From Octopus sinensis (lineage: Eukaryota): a DNA stretch of 64,000 bases. The DNA lies in assembly GCF_006345805.1 (NCBI RefSeq), contig NC_043002.1, positions 5,146,001 to 5,210,000 of the forward strand, given 5' to 3'. A model generated the notes under the pieces. That model saw nothing but the letters and a program-made list of their open reading frames with translations. It ran no database searches and was not told the DNA's origin. A program made the translations under genes and the position numbers. Of this stretch, positions 1 to 12,621 are shown one piece after another. Within the stretch, counting starts at the first letter, position 1, and the number at the start of each line of letters is the position of its first letter.

Positions 1-365
1 TATAGAATGTAGCTAGCAGGGCTACCTTACAAACATTTTCGTATGGTATTATCCTCTAATTAAATCTGCAATTCTTAATCCGAGGGGGTAATGGAATTTC
101 GAGATTCCAAATTGTATTGTGGAGATTCCAGAAAATTGATTTTAGTTTGAAAAATTCTTTATTATTAATAGAACTGTTTTTGCTAGATTTATCACCAGAT
201 GCTAATGTTAAATTAATGCAAGTTTGAAAATGCTATGAAATTAATTGTATCTATATATGGTTATTTTATTCTTATCTTTTCCTATGTGTTGGAGCGAGTA
301 GAAAAAGTAAAAAAACAGGATGGAGCGGAAATAAAGGCGGCAATGAGCCGCTCTCCGGTTATCTC

Positions 366-967
366 TCTGCGACCTCACCTGGAATTTGCATCACCGGTCT
401 GGAACCCCTATCTTGCCCAGGACATCAATCGTCTGGAAGCCGTTCAGTGACGTGCAACCAAGAGAATACACCCCATCAGGCATTTGCCTTATTCTGAACG
501 CCTTACTTCCCTGGGCATGGATACATTGAAACTCCGACGTCTGGCAGCTGACTTGGCAGACACCCATGAAATTATTAACCATCTTACAAACAATAACTCT
601 GAGCACCTTTTCAAACTCCACCCGTCTAACACCCGTGGACATGTTTACAAAATCAGAAAACAGCATAGCTCCCATGATTTTAGGAAACATTTTTTCCCAC
701 TGAGAGTTGCTGAAGCATGGAACAAACTGCCGGCATCAGTTGTTAGTTGTCGGAGCACTGCATCCTTCTAAACTTCCATGTTTCCTGAGATTCGACAACA
801 CTACACCTGATTTTCTCCCCTCCATACACATGCAAGCATGTATCTGACTCATACATTGTTCGCTTTCCAGACATTTGTACATTACTGCATATGCTTTATA
901 CGCACTTTTGACAAGTTGTGGTGCACCTGAGCACTGTATACAATAATTTCATTATATTATATTATTT
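366..967 (+). mobile_element. CR1-clade LINE 3' fragment (RT C-terminus, 3' UTR, (ATT)n tail), dead
   Basis: Translates as RPHLEFASPVWNPY..DINRLEAVQ*RATK..LPYSERL..LKLRRL..TRGH..RKHFF.LRVAEAWNKLP..VV, the typical CR1 ORF2 end. It has in-frame stops and ends in an ATT repeat. Confidence 0.9.
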
Positions 968-1273
968 TTAAAGGAATTCAACCACAAACACAGTTTATTC
1001 TCGCGAACCAAACTGTGAACCTTTCAGTTAGCAGACTATAACTGCCAAATTAGTTACCGGTCTATACAACAAATTGGGAGCCGAAATGCGATCATTCGAA
1101 CTGCTGCTAGAAATAACAGCCAAATAGTATTAAAATAATATTTTACTGTTTTAAAAAAGGAAGGATGCATTACATGATGTGATCTCTTAATCTCCGAAAA
1201 AATATAATGAGTTTAATTAATCGGAACTTCTCTGGCCACAAACCCATTCGATTAAATTTCACTTGGACTAAGC

Positions 1274-1322
<49 letters not shown>

Positions 1323-1758
1323 GTAAATAAATAAATAAATAAATAAAATTTTGACTCTTAAATATTGAATTATGGTGTTCCTGTTAAAAGTAACTCAGAT
1401 CGATATATAAATCTTTCAAACAGCCGATTCAATCGATTTAAATTTTGATAGATAGATAAATAAATAGATCGATTAATGGACGGATTGCCAACGAATGCAT
1501 TTACCAGAGCATAATACGTAATCTCAAATATAATGTATACCCGCACCCCGACACCCGTTTTTGTACCTAGAAGCCATTGACTTATTTTAGTCTTCTTTCT
1601 TCTTTTAATTCGAATGCAGTGTTATTCTCAATTTTTATTCTAATTTTGTATGAAATTTTTAGCACAAAATACAAATAATCATAGTATGTCATATATATAT
1701 ATATATATATGTCTTTAAAAACATTATTCTTCCACCTTTCTACTTCCGGTCTTTCAAA

Positions 1759-1967
1759 ATGTGACCTCGTGAGTACCGTTGGCGATTTTTTTCCTGTCTT
1801 CCCTTCTCGGGATCTTTCCTCTTCCTATGTTTCCGACGAAGAGCTCCGCTCGAAACGTTAAACCCTCCTTCTTCCCTTCTTTCCTGAGCGTCCAATAATA
1901 CTTTATTTGTTCCACGTCCTCGCGTTGTGTTTTATTATTTTTTTTGTATTTTCTTGTTTGGATTAAC
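1759..1967 (+). mobile_element. Short PLE-like 3'-end element, family 1, with minimal hammerhead-like motif
   Basis: Near-identical to 38872-39077 (minus). The 3' end abuts (TA)n. Contains GTTT-CCGACGA-A-GAGC-tcc-GCTC-GAAA-CGTT-AAAC at 1829-1863. Confidence 0.65.
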
Positions 1968-2008
1968 TATATATATAAAGAGATTCATAAATATATATAT
2001 ATATATAT

Positions 2009-2638
2009 AAAACAAATATAAGAGAGTGGTCAATATATTGCTCACTCTAGCACCAGTTAATCCAAAAGGTTTCAACCACGAAGATACATGTTTCCCATGA
2101 AAGCCAGTACGACTGTGAGATTTATTTCTAAATGCTGTATTTGTTTTCCGTGAAAGTTTGGCGCGCGGTGTTGGTTGGGGCATTTGAATATAACGTCGGA
2201 TGTAATCAATTGAACCACACGCGTATTTATCGTTATGGTAAAATCTGGCGTGTGATTGAGTGGATTTCCATCCAGATGTCTTGGCTGACGAGCTACAAAT
2301 GGATTTTTGTAAGTAATATTACATTTAATTCATTAATAGCGAAACAATTGTCCCAACTAATCTGTATTTTTGTTATTTTTTACTTGCCCTGTCCGTGTGA
2401 GCTAACAGTCGTACTGGCTTTCATGGGAAACATGTATCTTCGTGGTTGAAACCTTTTGATTAACTGGTGCTAGAGTGAGCAATATATTGACCACTCTCTT
2501 ATATTTGTTTTGTAAAAGTATTGTAATATGTTATAAAATATTATAATATCCAGGTTTCTCGTAGCACTAGGCCACTTGGTGTTGAATAAATATACTATTA
2601 AATTAGTATCTAATTCTCTCACCCTTATTAATTTAATT
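2009..2638 (+). mobile_element. PLE-like 3'-end element, family 3, with inverted 5' arm and hammerhead ribozyme
   Basis: Arms 2009-2116 and 2405-2511 are inverted copies with one indel. A hammerhead lies in the spacer. (TA)n flanks both sides. Confidence 0.7.
2273..2364 (+). ncRNA. Type I hammerhead ribozyme (canonical core)
   Basis: cagat-gtc-TTGG CTGACGA GCTA[41 nt]TAGC GAAA CAATTG TC^ CCAA-cta-atctg. All core nucleotides are present, stems I and II pair, stem III is palindromic, and the GUC triplet is at 2350-2352. Confidence 0.8.
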
Positions 2639-2683
2639 ATATATATCAATATATATATATATATTATATATATATAATATCGT

Positions 2684-2956
2684 GTACATTAGAACACATT
2701 AAGAGCTTCCAAATAGGAAATCCTTGTGCTAGAAAGAGCAGTAGAAAACTCAAACCACTAATTATGGATAAATTCTTGAAAGGATTGAACATTAAAAACG
2801 TTTACCATCGCACAACGCTTTCCTATTTGGATGTCTCTTAACGTGTTCCAATGTACTAATGTATTTTTATGTGAATAATATATAGTCTATTGACTATTTT
2901 TTTTTGTGCTAGGCCACTGGTAATAATAATTTCTATAATTCTTATTACCCTAATAT
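2684..2956 (+). mobile_element. Second fold-back element related to family 3 (diverged)
   Basis: Imperfect ~37-bp inverted arms at 2684-2720 and 2819-2856. The 3' part (CTAGGCCACT...ACCCTAATATT then TA repeats) resembles 2566-2638. Confidence 0.45.
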
Positions 2957-3099
2957 TATATATATATATATAATATATATATATATATACAAATAGAAAC
3001 CGAATGGTGTAAGGGAGATAAATCTGGTGGCATTATTCCAGGGAATTAACACGTGTGGGCGTGTGCACGCCATGTGCGTATCTGGAATTTTCTTCTCAT

Positions 3100-3280
3100 A
3101 TTTCTTTAATTTTATTGGTTTCACTCATTGAACTCTGACCACGCTGGGACAACACTTTCAAAAATTTGATGGATTACAATAATCCCTGTACTTATTTCAG
3201 TCTAGTGCTTATCTGGTCGATCTCTTCGTGCCGAGCTGTTTAAATATCACCGGTTTTTAAAATCCTGATGTAAACATATA
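3100..3280 (-). mobile_element. SINE A, diverged 3' half
   Basis: Degenerate reverse complement of the A tail. Confidence 0.55.
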
Positions 3281-3317
3281 AATATGAGTATATACACTGT
3301 ATTAAATGGCAACAGAA

Positions 3318-3465
3318 GGGCGGCGAGGCGGCAGAATCGCTAGCACGCCGGACAAAATGCTTAGTAACAGATTGTCCGTTTTAACGTTCTGAGTTCAAAT
3401 TTCGCCGAGTCTTTCATCCTTTCGATGTCGACAAAAAATAACTGCAAATTGAGTACTGGGGGGGC
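3318..3465 (+). mobile_element. SINE B, diverged
   Basis: Head GGCGGCGAGGCGGCAGAATCGCTAGCACG and B box GAGTTCAAATTTCGCC. Confidence 0.75.
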
Positions 3466-3473
3466 CACTTATA

Positions 3474-3701
3474 TTAATAATAATAATGAAATTATTGTAT
3501 ACAGTACTCTAGTGCACCACAACTTGTCAAAAAGTGCGTATAAAGTATATGCAGTAATGTAGAAATGTCTGGAAAGCGAACAATGTATGAGTCAGAGATA
3601 TGCTTGCGTGTGTATGGAGGGGAGAAAGATCAGGTGTAGTGTTGGCGAATCTCAGGAAGCATGGAAGTTTTGAAGGATGCAGTGCTCCGACAACTAACAA
3701 C
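3474..3701 (-). mobile_element. CR1 LINE 3' UTR fragment
   Basis: Reverse complement of ~740-965, including the (ATT)n tail. Confidence 0.9.
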
Positions 3702-3704
3702 TAT

Positions 3705-3975
3705 ATGTCTGAAGCTTGCAGGTCCATTAGGCCGGAGTTTATCCTGATTCGCATGATATTTAAGTCGCTGAGAATATGAAAGCCTCCACCCACCGCGAAC
3801 GGTACGGCAGTCTTTCGCAGAGTTAACCTCGCCGCTGTAACGAGAACTCTTTTTTTCGTCTCAGTGGAATCAAGAACCATGAAATAAAGTCCCTTGTTCA
3901 AGGACACAAAGAACTTCCTAGTCTTAGAATCGAACCAACGACCTAACAATTGCGAATCCAACACCCAAGTCGCTA
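3705..3975 (-). mobile_element. Old SINE D-type element (tRNA head, CORE-like and V-like segments)
   Basis: Minus strand has GGTTCGATTC, TTGTGTCCTTGAACAAG, CTGCGAAAGACTGCCGTACCGTTC and GGATAAACTCCGGCC. The layout matches 41171-41418. Confidence 0.5.
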
Positions 3976-3984
3976 CGTCTCTCT

Positions 3985-4050
3985 CTCTCACACACACACA
4001 CACACGCACGCACACATACATACATACACACACATACATACATACATACA

Positions 4051-4084
<34 letters not shown>

Positions 4085-5820
4085 CATACATACGTACATT
4101 TATTCTATACATCCATCCATCCATCCATCCATCCATACATCCATCCATCCATCCATCCATCCATACATACATACATCCATCCATCCATCCATCCATCCAA
4201 CCATCCATCCATCCATCCATCCATACATCCATCCATCCATACATCCATCCATCCATACATACATACATACATCCATCCATCCATCCATACATACATACAT
4301 ACATACATACATACATCCATCCATCCATACATCCATCCATCCATACATACATACATACATACATCCATCCATCCATCCATCCATCCATACATACATACAT
4401 CCATCCATCCATCCATCCATACGTACATCCATCCATCCATCCATCCATCCATACATACATCCATCCATCCATCCATACATACATACATACATCCATCCAT
4501 CCATCCATCCATAGATACTTACATACATCCATCCATCCATCCATCCATCCATCCATCCATACGTACATCCATCCATCCATCCATCCATCCATAATCCATC
4601 CATCCATCCATCCATCCATCCATCCATCCATCCATAGATCCATCCATCCATCCATCCATCCATACATACATCCATCCATCCATCCATCAATACATCCATC
4701 CATCCATCCATCCATCCATCCATCCATCCATCCATACATCCATCCATCCATCCATCCATCCATCCATACATACATACATACATCCATCCATCCATCCATA
4801 GTACATCCATCCATCCATCCATACATCCATCCATCCATCCATCCATCCATCCATACATCCATCAATCCATCCATCCATACATACATACATACATCCATCC
4901 ATCCATCCATCCATAGATACATCCATCCATCCATCCATCCATCCATCCATAATCCATCCATCCATCCATCCATCCATAGATCCATCCATCCATCCATCCA
5001 TCCATCCATCATCCATCCATCCATCCATCATCATCCATCCATCCATCCATCCATCCATCCATCCTCCATACATACATCCATCCATCCATCCATCCATCAT
5101 ACATACATACTCCATCCATCCATCCATACGTACATCCATCCATCCATCCATCCATCCATCTATACATCCATCCATCCATCATCCATCCATCCATCATCCA
5201 CCATCCATACATCCATCCATCCATCCATCCATACTCCATCCATCCATCCATCCATACATACCTACTCCATCCATCCATCCATCCATCCATCCATAGATAC
5301 ATCCATCCATCCATCCATCCATCCATCATCATCCATCCATCCTCCATCCATCCATACATACTACATCATCCATCCATCCATAGATACATACATACATCCA
5401 TCCATCCATCCATACGTACATCCATCCATCCATCCATCCTCATCCATCCATCCATCCATCCATACATCCATCCATCCATCCATCCATCCATCCATAGATC
5501 CATCCATCCATCCATCCATCCATCCATCCATCCATCCATACATACATCCATACATTCATACATACATACATACATACACATACATCCATCCATCCATCAT
5601 CCATCCATCCATCCATCCATCCATCCATCCATCCATACATACATCCATCCATCCATCCATCCATCCATCCATACATTCATACTTCCATCCATCCATCCAT
5701 ACATACATATATGCATACATACATACATACATACATACATACATGCATACATACATACATACATACATACATACATACATACATACATACATAGTACATT
5801 TATTCTATACATACACACAC
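3985..5820. repeat. Compound (CA)n/(CATA)n/(CCAT)n microsatellite, 1.8 kb
   Basis: Seen directly. Source of the MDGW/IHPS pseudo-ORFs. Confidence 0.98.
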
Positions 5821-5821
5821 G

Positions 5822-6278
5822 CTTTCAGAATGGTTAGCACCCCGGGCAAAATGCTCAGCGGCATTTCGTTCGTCTTTACGTCCTGAATTTAAGTTCTGAT
5901 AGAACCGACCTTTCATCCTTTCGGGGTCGATTAAATAAGTACCAGTTGAACACTGGGGTCGATATAATCGACTTAATACCTATGTCTGTCCTTATTTGTC
6001 CCCTCTATGTTTAGCCCCTTGTAGGTAATAAAGAAATAGGTATTAATACCCATTTCTTTACTACCCACAAGGGGCTAAACACAGAGAGGACAAACAAGGT
6101 CAGACAAACGGATTAAGTCGATTATATCGACCCCAGTGCGTAACTGGTACTTATTTAATCGACCCCGAAAAGATGAAAGGCAAAGTCGACCTCGGCGGAA
6201 TTTGAACTCAGAACGTAATGGCAGATGAAATACCACTAAGCATTTCGCCCGGCGTGCTAACGTTTCTGCCAGCTCACC
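5822..6278. mobile_element. Two SINE B copies tail-to-tail forming a spacerless inverted repeat
   Basis: Plus copy 5822-6044 and minus copy 6045-6278, centred on the palindrome GGTATTAATACC at 6039-6050. Confidence 0.9.
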
Positions 6279-6299
6279 ACTTTCCTCAGAACTAAATTA

Positions 6300-6680
6300 T
6301 GGCACTCCGTCGGTTACGACGACGAAAGTTCCAGCTGATCCGATCAACGGAACAGTCTGCTTGTGAAATTAACGTGCAAGTGGCTGTGCACTCCACAGAC
6401 ACGTGTACTCTGAACGTAGTTCTCGGGAGATTCGGCGTAACACAGAGTGTGACAAGGCCGGCCCCTTGAAATAAAGGTACAACAGAAACAGGCAGAAAGG
6501 ATGAGAAAAAGTTTTGGTGAAAGAGTACAGCAAGGTTCGCCACCACCCCTTGCCGGAGCCTCGTAGAGCTTTTAGGTGCTTTTGCTCAATAAGCTCTCAC
6601 AAGGCCCAGTCTGGGAATCGAAACCACGATCCTACGACCGCGAGTCTGCTGCCCTAACCATTGGGCCATTGCACCTCCAC
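6300..6680 (-). mobile_element. SINE D (tRNA head, middle M1, tail T1)
   Basis: Head GTGGAGGTGCAATGGCCCAATGGTTAGGGCAGCAGACTC...GGTTTCGATTCCC. The middle is shared with 55593-55995. Confidence 0.8.
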
Positions 6681-6940
6681 CACAACTAAATATTACAGGG
6701 CATTCTGCCCAATGCTCCTGGCTTATTCTACTGATTCCTTGTTCTGCTGGTCAGTAATATTCCACGCGTTGTTTGTGTAAGCTGAAGACTTAAATGTAAA
6801 TGACAGTGGGACATCGAGGTTATGTCTTGTTAACTACTTCGTTTGTTTCATTTGAGAGATCGAATATTATCAGATTCGATGAAATATATCTCGTCAACTC
6901 TGGAAGTCGAATTTAGAATAAGGAAATACAACTCCGGGCA

Positions 6941-7630
6941 TAATAATGATAATAATGATATCATAGTGTATAGTGCTCAGGCACTCTACAACTCATCAAA
7001 GGTGCATGTTTAGTACATAGAATTATATACAAAAGTCAGGAAAGTGAACAGTGTATGAGGTATGATATACACGTGTACATGTGTATGGAGGGGGATATCA
7101 GGTGTAGTGTTGGCGAATTTCAGGAAGCATGAAGGTTTTAAAGGATGCGATATCTCGGCAACTAACAACTGATGCAGGCAGTTTGTTCCATGCTTCAGCA
7201 ACTCTGAGTGTGAAAAAATGTTTCCGGAAGTCATGGGGAGCTGTGCTGTTTTCTTAATTTGTTGGCATGCCCACATGTGTTAGACACATGGAGCTCAAAA
7301 AGGTGCTCAAAGTGGTTGTTGGCACGATGGTTAACAATTTTGTGGGTGTTTTCCAAGTCAGTTGCCAGACGTTGGAGCTTCAATGTATCTATGCCCGGAA
7401 AGCAAGGCGTTCAGAGTATGGTAGATGCCTGATGGAGGGTATTCGCTTGGTTTCACGTCTCTAAACAGTTTCCAGGAGATCAATGTCCTGAGCAAGATAG
7501 GGGTTCCAGACTGGTGAGGGAAATCCCAAGTGTGGCCGCATCATAACCATATACAGCTGGAGAGCGTCTGACCAAGGTCTTGCTGAGTGATGCCAAGACA
7601 CCCTCGGTCTTTCTAACTTTAGCGTAGTAT
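6941..7630 (-). mobile_element. CR1 LINE 3' fragment, diverged
   Basis: Reverse-complement homology to 366-967 over the RT end and 3' UTR. Confidence 0.88.
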
Positions 7631-7774
7631 CACAAATTTTAGCGGAAAAAGGAAAGAATAAAGACGATTTAATCGATCCTAGTACAAAACTGGTACCTAT
7701 TTGATATTGATTTTGTTATTGTTGCCGATAATGTTTAACCCTGAGCATGAGCAGAACTATATTCAAAGTATTCT

Positions 7775-8008
7775 GAAGGCGGCGAGTTGGCAGAAACGTT
7801 AGCACACCGGGTGAAATGCGTAGCCGTATTTCGTCTGCCGTTACGTTCTGAGTTCAAATTCCGCCGAGGTCGACTTTGCCTTTCATCCTTTCGGGCTCGA
7901 TAAATTAAGTAGCAGTTACGCACTGGGGTCGATGTACTCGACTTAATCCGTTTGTCTGTCCTTGTTTGTCCACTCTATGTTTAGCCCCTTGAGGGTAGTA
8001 AAGAAATA
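7775..8008 (+). mobile_element. SINE B1 full length with 17-bp TSD
   Basis: TSD TATATTCAAAGTATTCT at 7758-7774 and 8009-8025. A-box-like TGGCAGAAACGTTAG and B box GTTCAAATTCC. Confidence 0.95.
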
Positions 8009-8594
8009 TATATTCAAAGTATTCTCAAAAAACAAAACAAAGAAAAAAACAAAAAATAAAAGAAACAACTACCTATGATCAATAGTGTTTAGGCCTGGAA
8101 GGCTGAGAGCTAAAATTCGGTTCGATAGGATTTGAACATAGAACATAAAATATCAGGAACACTCTCATACACTTAGTTCAGTTTACTTTTTGTTTTTGCT
8201 ACTCCATCGGCCGAACTATTAATGAAATTAGTACCAACGAGCTTGGGGCTCTATTTAGTCGGCTCTACACCTTTTGATATAAAAATTGGCCGAGTGCTTC
8301 ATAAAAAAATCAATATAATTTTTTTCCAACTTCAGTTCTAATTATTATTTTTTTTGTGAAATATCGATTTTCTTACAGTAAAAATTAATACAGGAATATT
8401 TTTTAAATAAAATAAAATGTCAATAACATAACTTTAATTAAAGTAGTTTCTTCTTTTGACATTAGAAGAATTCTAGAAGGGGACAAGTAAGGGCGTTCAA
8501 CCCACCCCTTTATTAATCTGTTGCCAAAACTAATAGGTACAGTAACACACCCCCAGAAAATAGAACACACTTCTGTCCGCACTAGAGAAACCTT

Positions 8595-8595
<1 letters not shown>

Positions 8596-8625
<30 letters not shown>

Positions 8626-8634
8626 ACTCACACT

Positions 8635-8669
<35 letters not shown>

Positions 8670-9046
8670 ACAAACACAAACACACACTCACACACACACA
8701 CATACTCCCACTCACACACACACACACTCACACACACACTCACACACACACTCACACACTCACTCACACACACACACACACTCACACACTCACTCACACA
8801 CACACAAACACACACACACTCACACACTCACACTCACACACACACTCACACACTCACTCACACACACACTCACACACTCCTACTCACACACACACAGACA
8901 GACACACACACATACTCACACACACACTCCCACTCACACACACACGGACACAGACACACGGACACAGACACACACATACACACACACACACACATACTCA
9001 CTCACACACACACAGACACTCACACACAGACACTCACACACAGACA

Positions 9047-9085
<39 letters not shown>

Positions 9086-9222
9086 CGCAGACTCATACCA
9101 CACATGATAATCTAACACTTACTTTCACACATACATACATATAGCGGAACATACACACAGTTGCTGTCACATACAATATTAGCAGATACATACCACACTC
9201 ACAGATCTAACACCCACTTTCA

Positions 9223-9288
<66 letters not shown>

Positions 9289-9290
9289 TT
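8596..9290. repeat. Degenerate (CA)n microsatellite
   Basis: Seen directly. Confidence 0.95.
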
Positions 9291-9734
9291 AAATAAATTC
9301 ACGCGCAGACGCACACATATTTAATTCAGTGAACAAAACCATAAATGAATTAAAATTACATCTATAATGAAGAGAAAAATAATAAACTTTAATGACAAAT
9401 TCTGATCTTGAAAGTAAGGTAGACAACTCCGCAATCAAAATTAATTAAAAATTAAATGAAATTATGCAGTGGAGTGTATGTCTGATATCTAGCAATTATA
9501 GTGATGACTGCGGACGTGTTTTTGTCTTATTAGACCTCCTCAGCGAGTTATAGTCTTACCAGATCCTCAGCGGCCAAGAAATGTATAAACAAAAACTGAG
9601 GAAATGAACACTGCCCGGCGTATCAAATTTTCCTGGAAAATCTTATGTACGAAGAATACAGAGTTAAGCGAGGGCTAACATATTTGCTTTAGGGATTCTC
9701 TGTCAGAAAAAGATTTTATTAATTGAATTTATTG

Positions 9735-9872
9735 TGAGCGGGTGGTAAGATGTTTGCTTCCCTACCACATATTTCTGGGGTCAATGCCACTGCGTCACAC
9801 CTTGGGTAAGTGTCTTCAAATTGTAACCCCGGACAGTGAATTTGGTTGGCAGAAACTGAAAGAGGCTCGTCG
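9735..9872 (+). mobile_element. SINE A, diverged 5' half
   Basis: CCTTGGGTAAGTGTCTT and GAAACTGAAAGAGGCTCGTCG, followed by microsatellite. Confidence 0.7.
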
Positions 9873-9897
9873 TTTACACCACACACACAAATTTATA

Positions 9898-9940
<43 letters not shown>

Positions 9941-10080
9941 AATTTATATATATACATCTATAAATTTATATATATATTTATATATATAAATTTATACATA
10001 CATAAATACACCACACACACACACACACACATTTATATATATATATGCACACACTCACACTTTTTTAACTTGAGGGTTAA

Positions 10081-10269
10081 CAAGGCTACCATTGGTTTCG
10101 TGCTGAGAACAATCTCTCACCAATTCTCAATCCTGCTACCATAGAACGTTGTACTCATCTCTATCCTGGCTGAGAATGTACGAAGAAGGAAACAGGCTCC
10201 TGTGTTTCATGTGGCAAGCTTTGAAATTGTAGAGAAATTCCTTTCGGCATGAAACCAATGGCATCCTTG
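10081..10269. mobile_element. MITE with ~40-bp imperfect TIRs and TTAA flanks
   Basis: Left CAAGGCTACCATTGGTTTCGTGCTGA versus right (reverse complement) CAAGGATGCCATTGGTTTCATGCCGA. TTAA at 10077-10080 and 10270-10273. Confidence 0.65.
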
Positions 10270-10314
10270 TTAAACCACAAATGAATATCTATTCACCAAT
10301 GCAGTGTTGAACAT

Positions 10315-10510
10315 TCACCGCTTCGCAACCGGTGTTGGTTTGTGTACGTCCTCGTAACTTGGTGGTATAACAGAAAGAGACCGATACAATAAGTATCAAG
10401 ATTAGAGAAAAATATATGTACTGGAGTCGATTAGTTCGTTTGAACCCTTGAAGGCGATGCCAAAGCACGGCCGCAATCCGATGACTAAAGCGAGTAAAAG
10501 ACAAAAGGTT
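10315..10510 (+). mobile_element. SINE A, diverged 3' half
   Basis: Matches the A tail (AAAGAGACCGATA..AATAAGTA..GTCGA..GGCCGCA..TGACT). Confidence 0.7.
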
Positions 10511-11097
10511 AAAGATTAAAGACAAAAGACATAGTAAAGAACATTTATCTTTGTCTTTGAGTATCAAAGTACCAATACTAGTCGTATACCGAACTCTAAA
10601 GTTCCTTCCCTTATCGCAAACATCCGCCGGCTTAGCAAAACAATCGTGTAATTATGGATTAGGACAGATTAAGTTTAATAGGAAAGTTGTTCTTGTCAAA
10701 AGTATTTGAGATTATTTCTGAAGAAGGTAGTGCTTGTTTGACAGAATGGCTGGAACGCTGGATTAAATGCTCGACACTATTAATTTCCTTGGAGGTTCTG
10801 TGATTAAATTCGTCCAAAGTTAATTTAATTGTTCATCAGACAGTTTAGAAGCATAAATTTAGTATCAGTCATGTACTGGAGAAGAGATAGGGACCGCGTT
10901 TTAATTGATTATACTCCGATCTTGCGAATACGATCTCTGTCGGTCGTCTGCAATTGTAAGAAGTGTGGGTTTATATTTTGTCTTAGCTGTGTGTGCGTGC
11001 GTGTGTGTGTGTGTGTGTGTGTACGTGTGTGAGTGTGTGTGTGAGCGAGAGAGAGGAGAGAGAGAGAGAGAAGGAGAGAGGAGAGAGAGAGGAGAGA

Positions 11098-11175
<78 letters not shown>

Positions 11176-11394
11176 AGCATTGTACATCAAGAAAAGATCT
11201 CTGGTGTTTGGAACCAGCAACCAGGCAGGTTTCAATTCTTGTTTCAAGCTATTTCATTTGGCTCAAGCGAAAAATATTTTGAAGAAACGACAAAAATGTC
11301 TCTTAGAATTTCAATCTTTCTCCTTTATGAATGCTAGTTTTGAAACTATAAAGCTGTTGTTGTTATCATTTTTGTTATTTAACGCCTGATCAAA

Positions 11395-11810
11395 GACGAC
11401 GAGTTGGGAGAATCGTTCGAGCGTCGTATAAAATGCCTCGTGATATTGGTTCCGGCTCTTCGCGGTCTGAATTCATATCTCACTAATAAACTTTGCTTTC
11501 ATCCCCCCCGGAGGCGGTAAAATAAACTCCCAATCAAGTATTCAGTTCGACGGGATCAACTTTCACCCTAAATCTGCTGGTTTAAAGCCAAATTCAGAAA
11601 ATATGATGGTGGACAGACAAAATTGTTAGAATGTTCGAGAAAATGTTTGACGGTATTTCTTCCCGATCTTTACGTCCACCGAGGTTAACTTTGTTTTTCA
11701 GCCTTTCGGAGTCGATAAAATAATGTACCAATCAAGTTGCTGAATTTATTCAATTAACTTAGCCCCCCCACCCCACAAAATTGCTGGTTTATGCCTAAGT
11801 TAGAAACCTG
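11395..11810 (+). mobile_element. Two old SINE B2 copies in tandem
   Basis: Degenerate B heads, each followed by the CCCC..AAATTGCTGG..TTAGAAA-type tail. Confidence 0.55.
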
Positions 11811-12153
11811 TGTCCCCTGTTTATCAGTTTCGTCAAAGCTGAGTTTGTTCCTCGTTGTTTAGTTGTGCGAATGATTTCTTAGATATACATAGAGCAAGAA
11901 ATTTCAAGTAGGGAATAGGGCAAAACCGTTGATTGCATTGACCCCGAAAAGATGGATGATAAAGTTGGCTGCAGTGGGATTTGAATCTGTAAAAAAACCT
12001 AACTTACTACAAGATATTTTGAGGACCCACAAAGTTCTGCTTGCAAAAGTTAACCTTATGCCTAGTCCCCACCCATCAATATTGGTTAAGGGGTAAATAA
12101 GGATTTGAATATTGAGGCATTCAGGCATTTTCTAATGGTATGAGCGTTATATA

Positions 12154-12386
12154 TATTTCTTTATTACCCACGAGGGGCTAAACATAGAGGGGACAAACAA
12201 GGACAAACAAAGGTATTAAGTCGATTACATCAACCCCAGTGCGTAACTGGTACTTTATTTATCGACCCCGAAAGGATGAAAGGCAAAGTCGACCTCGGCG
12301 GAATTTGAACTCAGAACGTAACGGCAGACGAAATACGGCTACGCATTTCGCCTGGCGTGCTAACGTTTCTGCCAGCTCGCCTCCTT
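12154..12386 (-). mobile_element. SINE B1 full length
   Basis: Near-consensus copy with approximate TSD GTATGAGCG(T/A)TAT. Confidence 0.93.
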
Positions 12387-12621
12387 ATAGTATGAGCGAT
12401 ATATTTCAAATTTACTTTACTTATATCGCTCATATCACGAAGAACGAGAATTTGGTCACGATCTCAACTAGAAATATTTCTTCTCTAGTACTTGCAAAAA
12501 TAAAAGAAAAAATTTAAATGTCAGTATTGCATTCTGAGTTCAAATCCTGCCCAGGTCGACATTGTCTTTTATTCTCCTCTGTTCAATAGAATAAGTGCTA
12601 TATATATATAGCAGCTTTATA

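Noticed and set aside
3701-5818. Long ORFs (MDGW/IHPS/MYVC repeats, up to 366 aa)
   Set aside because: Translations of (CCAT)n/(CATA)n, open in several frames on both strands.
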